From: Oopsacas minuta
Taxonomy: Eukaryota; Animalia; Porifera
Assembly: GCA_024704765.1 (NCBI GenBank)
Contig: JAKMXF010000222.1
Location: forward strand, 1,554,400-1,618,399
Direction: 5' to 3'
DNA length: 64,000 nucleotides
The notes below the pieces were generated by a model. It worked only from the letters and a program-made list of their open reading frames with translations, did no database searches and was not told the origin of the DNA. Numbering within the stretch: the stretch's first letter is position 1; each line of letters starts with the position of its first letter. The position numbers and the translations under genes were made by a program. Of this stretch, positions 1 to 13,861 are shown one piece after another.

Positions 1-275
1 ATGATGCACAAAATGAGTTAAAGTTGAGTGAGATTGTTGAACGGTTTGGAGACGAACGGCTGCGTATAACAGAGGATGAAGAAGAGCCTGAAGTACCATT
101 TACAAGAAAGTACGTTAATAATACAAATACAATAGCATTTAATTATCAAACGACATACAATATACCAGCGGCTCTCAACTTCAGGTAAATTATTATTATT
201 AGGGAAGTAGCGAATTTTTTGGTAGCTAATAATAGCCAAAATTAAACATAGTTTACCAAATACACAGATAGACAG
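1..275 (+). CDS. Probable internal coding exons of an unidentified gene entering from the left edge
   Basis: Open frame 3-109 (DAQNELKLSEIVERFGDERLRITEDEEEPEVPFTR) ends at aa|gtacgt. A phase-compatible acceptor ttattag|g at 203 gives EVANFLVANNSQIKHSLPNTQIDR ending ag|gtactg at 275. No family recognised; linkage to the gene at 2.1-4.7 kb not established. Confidence 0.4.
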
Positions 276-678
276 GTACTGGCTATAACATTGAAGGGCC
301 GCTTTATAATCCTTATTTTAGAAAATTAGCCAAATGTATAGGGTAATGGTAATTCATAAAACGGAGGGAGACAGTTATGTACATATAGATTTGTGTACAG
401 ATACTTCGGCCTTAGTCAATATCACAGGTATATTAATTGTACGCAAACGTCATCCACTGTAGTAGACAAAGGCATTTCCCGCTCAAAATCACTTCAGAGA
501 TAATGATATTTAATAGTTGAGAACCACTGCATTGTACAAATACGTGGATTTGATCTTTTCCGGATATATTTAAGAATCATACAGGAACTAGTTGAACCTA
601 TGGAGCAAAATATAATATAGTCACTGGCTTTCGCTTTCACCATTACTTTTAGTTGAAAATTTACATTGATAAACTAGG

Positions 679-1500
679 TCATGAATGAACTTTGCTACAT
701 TCAGCCGCCTTCCCTAAATGAAAAGGAGCTGAGTTGCTTAATAATGCCTGGTTTGCTTGGATGTTGAATTCCTCACTTCTCCATAGAGATTTTGTTGTGT
801 TCTGGATGTTAGCATGTACTGGCGTTGCACTGGGCGGTGTGTTCTTTGGTATTCTGTTCCGTACACATTTGGCGCAGATAGAGATGACCTTACATGCTGA
901 TACAAGTTGTGGGTATAGGTTTATCTGCTGGCTTTGGGGTGTTTTGTTTGGGGCGAGCTTATAGAAGGGAGATCGCTTCTCGGGATGGTTTGTGAGAGGC
1001 ATCTTTTTAATTCCTGGTGGTTTGGATATCCTTGGGATAATTATGATATTGAAAGTTTCAAGGAAGAGTTCCCGAATGTAATAAGTTGTTTCATGTACAG
1101 TGTTTGTGATTGTAAGTCTGGACTTTTGCCACATATTGTATTCATAAGGTATTGCCAGTTCTAATTGTTCAAATGTTGCAGCTGCAAGTAATTTCATGTA
1201 AAAGGTTTTGATAGATTACGTAAGGGAATCAATGGCTTGGGCTATTGCTAGCTTTTGTGGAAATGTTAGTTTGTTTGGTGTTAGATGTTCCAAGAACAAG
1301 TTCAAAATTTGGTACAGTAGGCGGGAGTGTCTAGGTTCTCTAGGCAATGTCCCTTCCTGATGGTAGATTATGTTAGACTTGGATACTCATCGAATAATCT
1401 GGATTAGCTTGGTGGTCTGGTGGTAGGTGAGCCCGTTTTCAAGCGTAGTTACTCGTTGTAGGGTCTGGAGGCGTTTGTAAGTGACCTCTGTGTTTTACTA
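679..1500 (-). mobile_element. Degenerate retroelement-like ORF (gag/ORF1-like), about 270 codons with 2 in-frame stops
   Basis: The track ORF 679..1197 extends upstream in the same frame through two stops (NTEVTYKRLQTLQRVTTLENGLTYHQTTKLIQIIR*...AIDSLT*SIKTFYMKLL). The coding strand is A/C-rich. A weak Cys/His knuckle-like stretch (CAKC..EHTAQC..C.HPEH) appears across a frameshift near 800-870. Confidence 0.35.
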
Positions 1501-2140
1501 ACTGATGGGTCCTCCGGCGGTCGGTTGTAGAGGCTTCGCCTTACATACCGATGGCCTTTGGCGAGTGCGTTATATGCGAGTTGAAGGGGCAGTCATATCT
1601 ATTTGCACTACTAGAAGACCAGTATTTTTAGCGATAATAAAGAAGTTTTATAGTGCAGGAAATGATTAAAAACAAGAATACTCTTTCAGTGTACTCCTTT
1701 TCTTATATTTGATATACTTAAAATAGAATATCACTATTTCAAAATAGCATACCATATATCCTACCTTAACAACGGACAAATAGACAGACAAACTATAATT
1801 GTGATTTAATAATATAGTTTCATATTAATTTATTTATGGTTCCTTCTATTTATTGGAGGGGGAGAGTTTTGATAAATTTAATCTGCTAGGGATTTTGTAA
1901 TATGAAATATTTCGCTAAATTTGCAATATTAGTTAACTGGTTGCATAAATTCATTCTGCATTAATTAAATTTCGTATGGATTGGTCATTTCCGTTGAATT
2001 ATTTCCAATGAGAATATACTTTCATATTCATTTACTCATTTAGTGTCCATACTCTATACCAAATGCTGATTTCAAGAGTTAGTTTGATCCATTAACCTAC
2101 TTTAGAGGGAAACTTGCTTGAGGGAAAGATAAATTATCAG

Positions 2141-4705
2141 TGGATACTTTCAAGAATTTTGCGTTCTCTTTCCTTCTCTCTCTCCCTCCTAAAGTAGAAT
2201 TAAATCATAGGTAAGTTATCCATGCTACAATGAATTTACAATATTTATTTCTTATTTTATGAAATAATTTCTTATATGAAATAATTTCTTATAAATAGAC
2301 TAAGCAATCGTCTCTCTCAAATTATGTCTCAAAAGGCTAGAAATGCGGCTGAGAAAATCTCAATGCAAGAGACAATGAAGAAAATGAGTGGAAACAAACT
2401 ATATGGAGCTTTTATGTCTGTGTATGATCAGCCGCATAATAGATATTATATTTGTGAAGGAAATCTACGCATTAAGGATGTTCAAGTATATCTCTTTTTA
2501 TTTCGCGATACTCTCCTTATTGCGCAGGTATACTATATTATTAAAACTCAATTATTGTGTGTTTAGGCCACCTTTTTCAGACAATCTTGTTGAATATTCA
2601 TGAATTTATTATATTTAGTTAACAACTCCTAAATTGAAGCTGATGTACAGAATTAATCTCACTCAATCCTGGATTACTGATATGCATGTTGGAGAGGAGA
2701 TGGTTGATGGTTTTAGAATCGGATCACCTGATGGTGTGTATACTTGTGTTGTGCAACACAAGGAGATGAAACGAGTTAAAGAGGTAAGGATAGGCCTAAC
2801 TTTTATTATTCCACTGTTTTATCTTGATCACGGTGAGTTAATTGGAAATTACACTTACATTTGAATTTATAGCTTTTAACATTATTTCGATCGCTTATCA
2901 ATGGAAACTCACACCGCCAAGTATTGTCCGCTTTATAACCAGTTTGTATAATTTAACTTTACATCCATAATTGACTTAGATTTTATAAACTTAAATTGCC
3001 ATAAACATAATACAATTCACTTTTTAGTTGAAAGACCACTGGATGAAGACCATCAGTTCTTGCATTGCGGATCAGAAAAAGAAGCTAGAACGTGTCCTCT
3101 CGGTATACACAGTTCCAACCAATTTGATGTTTACAGTAGAAGCTACATCTCGAATGGTTTATATAAGAAATTCTAAATACGAACTCAATCTTGAGGAAGG
3201 TGATAAGATTCAAATATTCTGCATATTTGACAGAAAGTTCTCTCAGTATAGACCCGGATTACATATAGGAGAGAGGTAGATTTTGTTAAGCTGATTCCCA
3301 TTCTCTAAATAATAATCCTAATTACATTCCTATAGGCTATGCAGGCAATCCGGTATGGTTGCTCTACAAAGCTGCTAATAACTCCTAGCTATTTGTTCAC
3401 ACGCGCTTAGTAGCTATTGTTATCGTTATAGTTATATAATCAGCAGACATGAAGTATAGATTAATACACCATCATGTGGTCAGCCTTGCTTTAAAGTTTT
3501 TTTAAGTTAAATATATTTTACGTGTTCATCACCTGAAGGCTGATAAATAATGAAAATTGTCTTAAATTCATTATATAAAAATGCTAAGTAAATTCCAATA
3601 TAAATTTATACGAGCGCGCTTGAAAACGCGAAATTCGGATTCAGCGTCTTGATTACACTATATGTCTGTTGAGAGCCAGTCTCTACGGTTATTTTGAGAT
3701 ATAAATTTTGTCAAGTTTTATTGAATTCTGTTTACTTTCTTGTTTAATACGATAAATGCTGTTATGCCTTATCCCACGTCTCAAAATTGAGTTCGAAATC
3801 AATATAACATTCCATAATCATTTCCTTGACAACAGACAAACACACAAACTGACAAACAGATAACAATTGTAATTTAATAATATATATTTTTTGGTAAATT
3901 TATTATTTTAAATAAAGATATCAAGATCCGTCCATACAGTGGTATTATGGTATGATTGGCAACAAACAAGGCTGGTTCCCTAAAGGATGTGTCAGTATAC
4001 CAGGTAACGGGACTTATAATCAGAAAGATGTTAAGCAGATAAAATGGAATAACATCGTACAAATGAAGAAGAATCTGTCAAGCATCAGTGAACTGGGTTT
4101 CCTGGAAGTGGAAGATAAGACAATCGAGGTAACGTTATACTATAACTTGATTTATCACGGTGTCAAATAAGTCTTACGAACTAGGCAATATTTGTACAAG
4201 TATTGAAGAAATTACTGGGCAGTGAAGGTGTTGGTCCTGAACACATCATACATATAATTATACAATTGAGAAATTTGGGGAGGGCAAGGTACAATATTAG
4301 AGGGCAATGCTCGCTAGATCCGCCTCTGCTCAATATCTCAACTTTATATTATAATAGGCCACCCGCAATTTCTCAAAGCTTAATGAACACCCCCTGCCCC
4401 TATACCCTAGAAATATGATATTATTGGATTTTACTTCAATTATGTATTTTTAGGTAAAACACGAGAATCGTATAAAAAAGCTTACCTTGCCAGCAAGTTG
4501 TACTATTACTGATGTTATAGACTTGTATTTTGCGAATGAAAATGTTCCCAACAGATTATCTCACTGGAGTATTGTGGAAGTCTCGAAAGATGGAACTTAT
4601 AAAAGGAAACTTAACAAAGAAGAGGATCCTTCAAGTATTGTAAATTTCTGGGGTCAAGGGAAAGAGGAAATGCAATTCTTCCTTGAAGAAACGATAAATC
4701 ACTGA
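2141..4705 (+). CDS. PH-SH3-Ras-association (RA) domain protein, RhoGEF-like; 5' end unresolved
   Basis: Phase-consistent GT-AG exons: ~2141-2210, 2299-2527, 2619-2783, 3028-3275, 3918-4128, 4454-4705 (TGA). PH-like YICEGNL..VYLFLFRDTLLIA..KDHWMKTI; SH3 ELNLEEGDKI..WYYGMIGNKQGWFPKGCV; terminal RA/ubiquitin-like fold (KKLTLPASCTITDVIDLYF..HWSIVEVSKDGTYKRKLNKEEDP..W..MQFFL). Confidence 0.75.
3600..3885 (-). mobile_element. Non-autonomous Helitron-like (HINE-type) repeat copy
   Basis: Shares the TATATTATTAAA..(GTTT/GTCT)n head and the internal gaaatgcgaaattcggattcagcgt..gattac unit with the copies at 11775-11940, 16530-17212 and 32075-32360. A lone head is also present at ~1765-1817. Confidence 0.55.
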
Positions 4706-6600
4706 CTTTTTTATTACCAGAATTTTGCAAATGTAAATATTGTGCATGAATTTTTATATTAGCGTTAGCATTGTAGTATATTTCAATTGTATAAATGATA
4801 TTCATTTGTTACTAAAGACTACTGTTCCAATTAGCGAGGGTATAATTAATAGCTCACAACCAGGTGTGTATGGGGGGTGGGAACGCGAAGGCGCTTCTTT
4901 ATGGAAATATTTGGATTATTTAACTATATTTTTCAGTTTAGAATATATTATTGAATTATCCTATTTTGTGTAAATGTCATTTTCATGTTGGAATGATTAT
5001 TATCCTTCGATTTTCAACTAACAAGTACTAAATATGGTGGCATCCACGTTTTGTACTCTGAATCTTCCACAATTAATGAAATATCTTGTATCTCAAAGGA
5101 TGTAGATGTTTGGGAAACTAGGACAAAAAAGGCGCCGGCTATGCTACAAATTAGTGGAGGGGGCAGTGCTTCGGAACGTTCCCTTACTTTTATACTTAGG
5201 AATACACCCCTGCTCATAACTCAGTGAAGTAGCCAGGATTATTAGGTTTGGGTCAATGAAATTTCCATAAAAGTAGTTACATCATCCAACCAGCAATTGA
5301 GATGCTTGGTTATGCTTAGGGCTGAAACGAATATTAGAATATTCTCCGCGGTATATCCGTTTATCCCTATTTATACTATTATATAATTTCGAAAAATCTA
5401 ATGAAGTTTTATGTACGTATACCGGAATATCATCTAGGGTAATTATTTTAAGATAATAGTATCATACAATTGCTGTGAACTTAGATACAAGATAAAAGAA
5501 ATTCGAATTCTTAGTATATAACGTCCAGTGGGGGCGAGGAAGCTTATTTGTTATTTAAATTTTCCTTCCTGCTTCTCTGTACCGCTGTCTCACATATTAT
5601 GAAATTGTTGTTAAATCGTGTACTCCATATTCATGTGTTCTTTTCAATAAATTCATAAAATACTATATTATACAATTTCAAGTCTAATACATAATGTCTT
5701 TTTAGCAAGGTTGCAAGCTAATAATATTCGGTTGAGCAAACAGAATCTTATGAGTAGTATTCGTATCAGTAATCGGTAAGGTGCTATTCATGAATACTGA
5801 TAGCCGTTTCGAGCGGTTTGAACCTTGATTTTAGTTATTGCATTGTTGAACTTATATTTTAATTGTGAAACTCAACAAATCAAACAATTCTATCAATACT
5901 CGTGTCTTGAAAACCCCAAGAAAGTTCAATTTGCAATTACGTGAGGAGAGGTTTAGTTTATTCAAATTTGAATAATTTTTCTGACCAGCACCTAGGTTGC
6001 CATTGCTACATACAAATACCCAGCAATTGATTCATGAATCACGTGATAAATAGGTTGCTGGTTAGAAACCCCCTACTGTGAATTAATTCAATCGAAATAG
6101 TTCTTGAGGTTCATATAATTGAGTTCGTATTCTCTTATTTCTCTATTCAGTTGCACAATATATTCCCATTAATTATATGGAATATTTGGAGTTAGCGCTA
6201 ATTTAGAGTCCTCCTCCTTCTCCTATAGTCTAAAAGCACGACTTAAATCTTGCAGGTGTGCACTGATAACATCCATTTATTCTAATAACATCCTACTACA
6301 TCTAATTAGAACCTAAGTTACATATATTATAAGTAATTAAAATATTAACGGCGGCTAATCTAATTCAGACATCCACGTTCTATGCGATTGATGCGTTCCT
6401 TAAAGACACTGCAAAACGAAAACGCATAATATAAACAGTAATTCTCATAGAACATTAAAACCCTGATTAAATGAGCGTTCGGAAATATTCCTATCTAATA
6501 AGTATTTATAAGTATTCTGGTGAAGAAATGTAGGAATAATAACTAAACTGTCCAAGTGTAACATAGACTACTATTATTGTAAAATATACTTATCCCTTTG

Positions 6601-7033
6601 CGGATACCGACAATTCGCACCTAATTTGATTGGTCAATTTGTTATAATATTAGTTAATTAATTTAATCTAATTACACGTTAATAATCAATTTTCTAATAA
6701 TTATTTCTGCACACAGAAAGTCTTAATAGGATAGATATTCTAATTTTAGATGACATGAATCCATGAATTCATTTAATGATATGAATTCCAAAGATTGCTA
6801 TAGTTAGTATTAAGTAAACACACACGAAGTAAATAATCTTAGGGCTATACTTGGTAAAGAGGAATGTAGTAAACAGGATGTGATCACCTATGATATTTGC
6901 AATCCTCGGACATAAATAGAAAATGATCTTGTTCAAACTCAGATTCTTTTTTCATTACCAATCAATACAATGCTAAAAATCATATTCGGAATCAATCGAC
7001 CAATTAAATTAGGTGCGAATTGTCGGTATTCCG
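6601..7033. mobile_element. MITE with ~36-bp terminal inverted repeats
   Basis: Left cggataccgacaattcgcacctaatttgattggtc matches the reverse complement of the right end (cggaataccgacaattcgcacctaatttaattggtc). TA follows the right end. Confidence 0.75.
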
Positions 7034-7784
7034 TATAAATTGTGTAATCTTTCTTCCATTATCGCAATCAAGATAAATACAAGACCTTCGAACTTGTATT
7101 CATCTTGGTTGTGAAGTAAATGAACAAATTCAAACATCCAGCAGCATCAATTTGGATAAAATTTAGAAAGGAAACCTATACATATATAACCTTATAAGCA
7201 TACAGATACGAACTACAGCTGGGGTGGAAACAGTTTTTCATCACTTAATTAAAGATAGATAATTAGTTCTATTGGAGTATTCTGACATGTACAGATGTAT
7301 AATAAGAGTATTTTATAATGGATTGTTAGTTGCGTCAAAAATGACCTCAGAAGTGTGAATTACTTAGTTATGTCGATAGTAATATTCGTGCTGGCTAATG
7401 GGAAGAGCTAATTATTATTATTACGCTAGAAAAAATGAAGCTCTGACAATAGCCATCTGTGTTTTAAAACTGAGACATACCAGACAGTTTTCTTGAAAAT
7501 AATGATCATAACCAATAGTATAGAATTTCTTGTGAGCGTGTAACACATGATTATAATTCCTCCCCTCCCTACACCTGGTAAGATAATATCATTCAGCTCA
7601 TACATCCTTAAATATCAAAAATAATCTTGAGAAGTATATATAAAAGGAAATCAACTCGGCTACAAGCCAAATTAAGCTACTACAGTAGGAAATTGTAACT
7701 ATATTAATATTAGGTGAGTTACTCTAACAGTCTCAATTCTAGTAAGGCTTAACCTACGAATTAGATACTGAATAATTACATTTT

Positions 7785-10700
7785 CTATTTTGCAGGAGGA
7801 ACAGTTGAGTATAGGACCACTCCATCAACAGGGGGAGACTTGTGCGTCTTCTTGTGAGAGCGGAGGCCTGCCGATTGAGTGAAAGACCTGTGACATACAT
7901 CGCACTTGAAAGGCTTTTCACCAGTATGCAGTCGGATATGTGATCTAAGTGTGGACATTTGGCAAAAGGACCTTTGGCAAAACGTGCACGTGTAAGGCTT
8001 CTCACCAGTGTGTATTCTCGCGTGTGCCCGAAGGCTCCCACTCGAAATGAAAGTCTTTGTACAACGGATACACTTCCAGACTTTCTGTTTGGGCCCGTCC
8101 TCGCTTGGCATGAAGAGACCATGTAAGAGAGATTGTGGCCTCCCTTTGAGGACGGGCAGTGATCCGTTGCATAATGATAGAGTGGGGGTCTCATATTCGG
8201 ACCCTACCTCAAGGTTTACTTCATCTACAAACAAAATAAATCAATAAAGGGTTTTTGTCAAACTCCACAGATCGCATATCCGACTCACTTGCCTCAACAA
8301 CAACGGACAAGCATCACCTAACTCATCTACTTACCACACACCTTACATCAACCAACTAATTTTACAATAATCATACTTTGCTTCTTACTTTTTTCATATT
8401 TATCAGCTTAAATAAAATATATTTTTACACTAATTGGATAAATAGTGATAATGTGGGCACATATTTTCGGTAAATGATGACTACGTTATTATAGGAAATT
8501 AACGCGAATTGGAGCTAGGCATTTTTGAATGCGTGAATTTACGCGATTGACGGGAATGACATTTTTGAATACACGAATCTTCGAAAAACTTTCAATTCAA
8601 TATGCTATATCTCTATTTAGTTTCACCGAAAGTTTAAAATATTTCCATAAATTTAAGATGGATTTGTGGTGTATAATTATTTATGTAACTAGTTATGACA
8701 GCCAGTATATACGTATAACTCTGTGAATTAATTTTCCTGGAAAATTAATGTCATTGGTGCGAATTTTCGCGCATCTAAACAAAGCAAGGTTGCAACCCAA
8801 AAATACTTCGTGAATAGTTCAATAATTTTCGGTTACCAACCGAGTATTCGGTACACGGTTGGTCATAACCGAAGAAAATATAATTAGTATTCGGTAAAGT
8901 TGCTATTCATGAATACTGATATTATTCGGTTTGAGCGGTTGAAAGAAATGTATTTTTTGCTCGTTGAAATAAGAATTTGGCCTACCATCGAATAAAACGG
9001 AAAAATTTAATTGGAGAGTCAAATACATAAACGCTGTATTTGTTGTCATAGAACGTACTGTCTTCGACTGAGTACACGGATGGTATTCCAAATTTCAATT
9101 CATAAAAATCGCTGAACCAGACCAGCAGTTCTTCATTGCTCTTTATGTCTCTCACTGCTCGGAAATATATCTTTCCATCAACCGGAACAACTTCCAGATT
9201 TTGTTCCCTTTTGTTCCGAGCATATCTTACGAACTGCATCCAGTTCTCATAGCTAGGCGATCCAACTAGGAGGCAAGACAGTTTATCTGGTTGACCATTT
9301 TCGTCTACATCATATATCTAGAGTTTTATGTAAATTAACAACTAAATATGTCACATTGCAACAGAGACATTGAAATCCGCATGCAACTTGAATTGATATA
9401 TCGTGTAAATAGCAGTCTGTTAATTTAAAACATTCAAAACTAATACTGTTGCCACCCTGGGAGAGGCAACTACCCCCCTCAGCTCCGGCCTCCCTTCCTA
9501 CGCTCGTGAAAGGAAACACTTAATTTACTAGACGGGAATACTCATTTATCAACAATTATACCAGTGATAAATTGGTTAGTGGTACTTTGCCCATGGCCTA
9601 TTTTCAGCGGGCGTGTTTGCAATAAATGTATTTATTTACCTCCTATTTTAGACCAGTCATTTACCGGATTAGTTAATAATACTTCCTTAATTTATTGAAA
9701 AACACTTTTATCGATCAACAAAAAGAAACATTACACGCAAACGATGTGTACGCAATTGTGAAAGACCATAAAATTTGTTGAATAATGCATTCCATTGAGT
9801 TGGTTAAACGTTATTAAGTATACTTGCATTATTTGTCTTAACTAACAGAATTGATAGAACATTAAAATCAAAAGTACAAACACCTCAATGTGAATATCTT
9901 GAATAAATTATAATGGAACAACGCACTTCGCTTGCTTGCTCGCTTTACGATGTGTGCATTTTTTGAATTACGTAATAAATTTATGCGGCTGTTGAATGGT
10001 AATTACGCGTACACTAGATGTTAGAGAATACTATATTTTGGGTAGTTCAGTTTCATGTCTTTTGGTGTCAATTAAGCTGGTTAACAGCTAGCCAATCTGA
10101 AGCTCCTGATAATGCACTATTTCTCTCAAGTGTTAGATTGACTCCCAAAAATCGGTTTTGGAGAAACAAATTGACCCAAAGAAAGTTGATATGAAATTAT
10201 TTTTAGAATATTTGCACTTCGAATACGTCAGTAATATGTCTAAATTAAAATTGGCCAAAAAGGTGTAAAAATTATTTTTGGGGATTTTGGTAAACTCATA
10301 ATTAAAATACGCAAAGTAGCCCATCTGCAACAAATTTCAAGATTATCGACGAAATATGCATCAAAATAAATTATTAAGGTAGATTATCTTCTTGAATCTC
10401 ATTAAGAAATGTGGCATAAAGCATAATGCTATATAATTGTGAAACGTATCCTAACACGGTATGTATAGAAACATTTCGGTGCCAGAGCATGACGTTCCTT
10501 ACTGGATAATGTTGGCAAGCGAAGTTATAGAGCCCTAGGCAAATGGCATGATACTAATGAATTTTTGATTTCGGAAATCAAAAAAGTGGGAGCAAGGAGG
10601 GTAATGAAATACTAAGGGGTGGGAGCACTGGGGCGATTACGCCTCCCCGCCCCCATAGAAACGCAAATTGTACCCCTGATTGATTTGGAATTTCAATACG

Positions 10701-11089
10701 TATATATTGTCTGAAGAGTTTCCAATTACGTATATAAGTTTTCCATATAAAAAAGGTAAATAAAGTACATACATCCTAATTTTTCAGTGTGAATTATCGT
10801 CACTTTAATTTATCCGAACCAGGCCAAAATCCCTTAACAAAATCGGTTTAATAAGATAGATCCGTTTTAAGTATATTTGTCTAACCTCCCAATAATCCCC
10901 TTTGTCTGCTCCTATATCACAGACGCTGTAGTCTTGTCCGATGTATGGTCCGATCTTACTCCCCTGCAGAATATCTCCCTTGCAGAATAGACCAATACTA
11001 TTTAGTTGAGCGCTTGACTGTCTACACTCAATCAAGTCCTGTTGACAGTTCTGCAGCTCTTTCGAGATTAGCTCTTGATACTCGAGCAT
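7785..11089 (-). CDS. PR/SET-domain C2H2 zinc-finger transcription factor, PRDM12/PRDM6-like
   Basis: Exons 11089-10886, 9317-9059, 8224-7785 with phase-consistent GT-AG sites. PR domain GLFCKGDILQGSKIGPYIG..NWMQFVRYARNKREQNLEV..IYFRAVRDIKSNEELLVWF..FGIP. Three C2H2 fingers with TGEKP linkers; fingers 2-3 (CTFCQRSFCQMSTLRSHIRLH, CDVCHRSFTQSAGLRSH) closely resemble PRDM12 as I recall it. Confidence 0.9.
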
Positions 11090-11157
11090 TGTATTGTCTG
11101 TTGGAATCACGACTAATGAGAAATAATTATTAAAATAATAAAAATCTTACAAACACA

Positions 11158-11329
11158 ATGAACTCTGGTTATAATGAAATGCGGTACCCCCCCCGGGGTT
11201 TCATTCCTTATACGCGGTATTTGTTGTAAGCAGAGTAAAATTGATTACTTTCAAGCTTTGATGGTATAGAATTACTTCATTACAACGGGAGATTCGTTAT
11301 ATCCGAATGGGTTATACCTAGAGTTTACT
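11158..11329. mobile_element. Tigger/pogo-type MITE
   Basis: Imperfect TIRs caatgaactctggttataa / cagtaaactctaggtataa (reverse complement of the right end); TA at the right flank. Confidence 0.6.
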
Positions 11330-11774
11330 GTAATTCGTATCCCCCGTGAGAGAGAAATTTGCGTTAAATTTAGTTAATTGGAACTACTATCCTATTGTAA
11401 AATTGGGTTTATAGTTTTCTTTACGCTAGCATCAGTCAATGAGGCTTCAGTAAAGTGGCTTCCTCAACTTTTATAAAATTGCTACATAATTGTTATGTAT
11501 TTGAGGTAAATAATATTGTAAACTTTGAATACAATCAGTAGCTGTATGCAGTCAGTTCATTGTGAACTCCTATGAATTATCGGGGTGCTGATTAATATAT
11601 TTCATTACATTTGTATTAATTGTGTTTGCTTATTAAGTCTCTTAATTATGAACAAGATTTTTCGTCCATAATTAGCTGTAGGATGCATCTAACCTTCATT
11701 CAATACATACGACTGATGTGTATGTTGCATTTGTTGTTAGTAATAATAATATTGGGTAATCCCACAAATATTAC

Positions 11775-11940
11775 ACATTTATATTAATAATTCTGAATTG
11801 TTTGTTTGTCTGTTCGTTGTTAAAGATGTATGGAATGTTGTATTAAATTCGAATTTATCTATCCGAGATTTCGCATAACTTTGTATTTATCGTGTTTATC
11901 AAGAAAGTAAAGAGAATTCAATAAAATTGACTGAATGTAT
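11775..11940 (+). mobile_element. Non-autonomous Helitron-like repeat copy
   Basis: atattattaata..gtttgtctgttcgttgttaaag..agaaagtaaagagaattcaataaaattgac is homologous to the reverse complement of 3720-3880. Confidence 0.5.
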
Positions 11941-13861
11941 CGAATAATGCTGAATATGATTTTCAAATTTTGAATTATTCATATGTGAATATATTATTGA
12001 TTTGAATGAATATAAATTAAACAAATTACGCAAAACTCAAAATTACATACATAAACATGCTTTTTGATGTTCTTTAATTACATACATGTATTATCAATCT
12101 ATACTAGAATTTCTTCTAGATTAGTTTATTATTAGAATATTAGGATAAAAATATAATCAGTGCGTTATAACCACATGGAATTTAGCGAACTCATATTTTA
12201 ATAATTTTAAAATATATCAGTTCAAAAGGTCAATGCTCGGCGACTAGAGTATAGTATAGTCGGCACAGTAAAAACGAATTTTTTCCGTTTAGTACTTGAC
12301 TTCCCCCCCCAAAGAGTACTCCGGGTAACAGATAATCCTAGCTGACCAGTAACAACTGAGGAGTAGAGTAAATTAGTTCAATACAAACATCGTTATTTAC
12401 CAAGCACCAACACTATTAAAATACCTTAAAAATTCTAGCAATTATGTTTCAACAAGTTATTTAATATTTATCTCTCATTATTTCCCTCACTCAAATATAA
12501 GCAGGTCTAAAAGGGACTGCATTTTACAGTCAATGTGAAACAGTAAAATTTGATTTCGGTTTTTTTTTTTTTGATAATTCTTTACCCACTTCCATGCTAA
12601 TAACTCCATGGAAAATACTCTCATCATTCCATTACGATGAACCTAGACATTCCATAAGAAGGTTCATCGTTTTACTTAGAAGTAATGTTTACAAATTAGA
12701 TATCTTAAGTTCACATTTCAAACAAAGTTTTATGTGAATACGTATCTACAGTGAAAAATAAAATGCAATTTACTACTATATTAACCTTTTTTTCATCTTC
12801 AAAGGGCGATCATTCGCCAAAAATTAACATAATCATTCTCTATTCATGCGGTTGCGATATCCCCACATATACTAAACCTACAAGAACCATGGTGTTCAAT
12901 CAATAATTAATCTACAATCGACACTCGTAAGAAACGCTTATATGAAACTCCAGTTATACGTGTGTGCAAAAGTTCAATCCTTTGAACTCAGTATTAAGGG
13001 AATCATTCTGTAAGAGGAGTACCTGTATTTTTCGACAATTGCTTTGTGTTTGTTGTTAGAGAGCCAACTACATTTGCATCTAATCAGTTAATTTTGGTGG
13101 TAATTACTAATCCCCTATAGTATGTAAGTTGATCAATTATTTTCTGACCTCTATACATATATATCATGTTTATGTTTACTATTATTATTCAATCTGTTGG
13201 AATGTACGAAAACAAAGGAGAAACCACTAAAATATTATTGCTCAATTACACATATCCATTACATAGCCATGCATTAGTCTAAACAAACCCCGATACGTAA
13301 AACAATTACTAATTCGATGTATAATATTAAAAATAGCCACTATTAATTTTAACAATCATCATGCGAGTCAGTTTGACAGCGGTCAGAGTCGCTCCCTGCA
13401 TGAAATTAAAATAGGTATTATAAGATATATAGTTTGTTGGATGTTTTTAAATAATTGGCGTATTAAAGAAGTATTAAATAACTGTGAAGTAACTGTGATA
13501 TTATGTATCTTACCTTTTTCACTCAGGTGATTCCAAATATTTTAACATCTACATGATGCAACTCAAGATGGATTCAGAGCCAGCCCATAGAGATGTGGTA
13601 GAATGTTATTGTTACACATCATTTTGTATATTAACAAATTCCCAGACATTGAGTAATACTGATTTTACCAAATATTTTGTTTCATAATGAGCATGTATTT
13701 CAGATGCAGTACGTGCCCTTACTTTCTGATAACACTTACTCAATTATTTTACAGTTTGTTTTGGACCACTGTAGTTACAATTCCAAGAATATTTTGTAAG
13801 AGAGCATTATTAAATGTCTGGGAAATGGACTGCAATTTCTCAGGAATATTTAGATACAAAG

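Noticed and set aside
7754-8194. Overlapping or antisense track ORFs (e.g. 7754..8194, 8008..8247, 40392..40646, 45061..45351, 52789..53037, 54364..54642, 58086..58415)
   Set aside because: They are shadows of real CDS or transposase in another frame or strand, with no motifs of their own.
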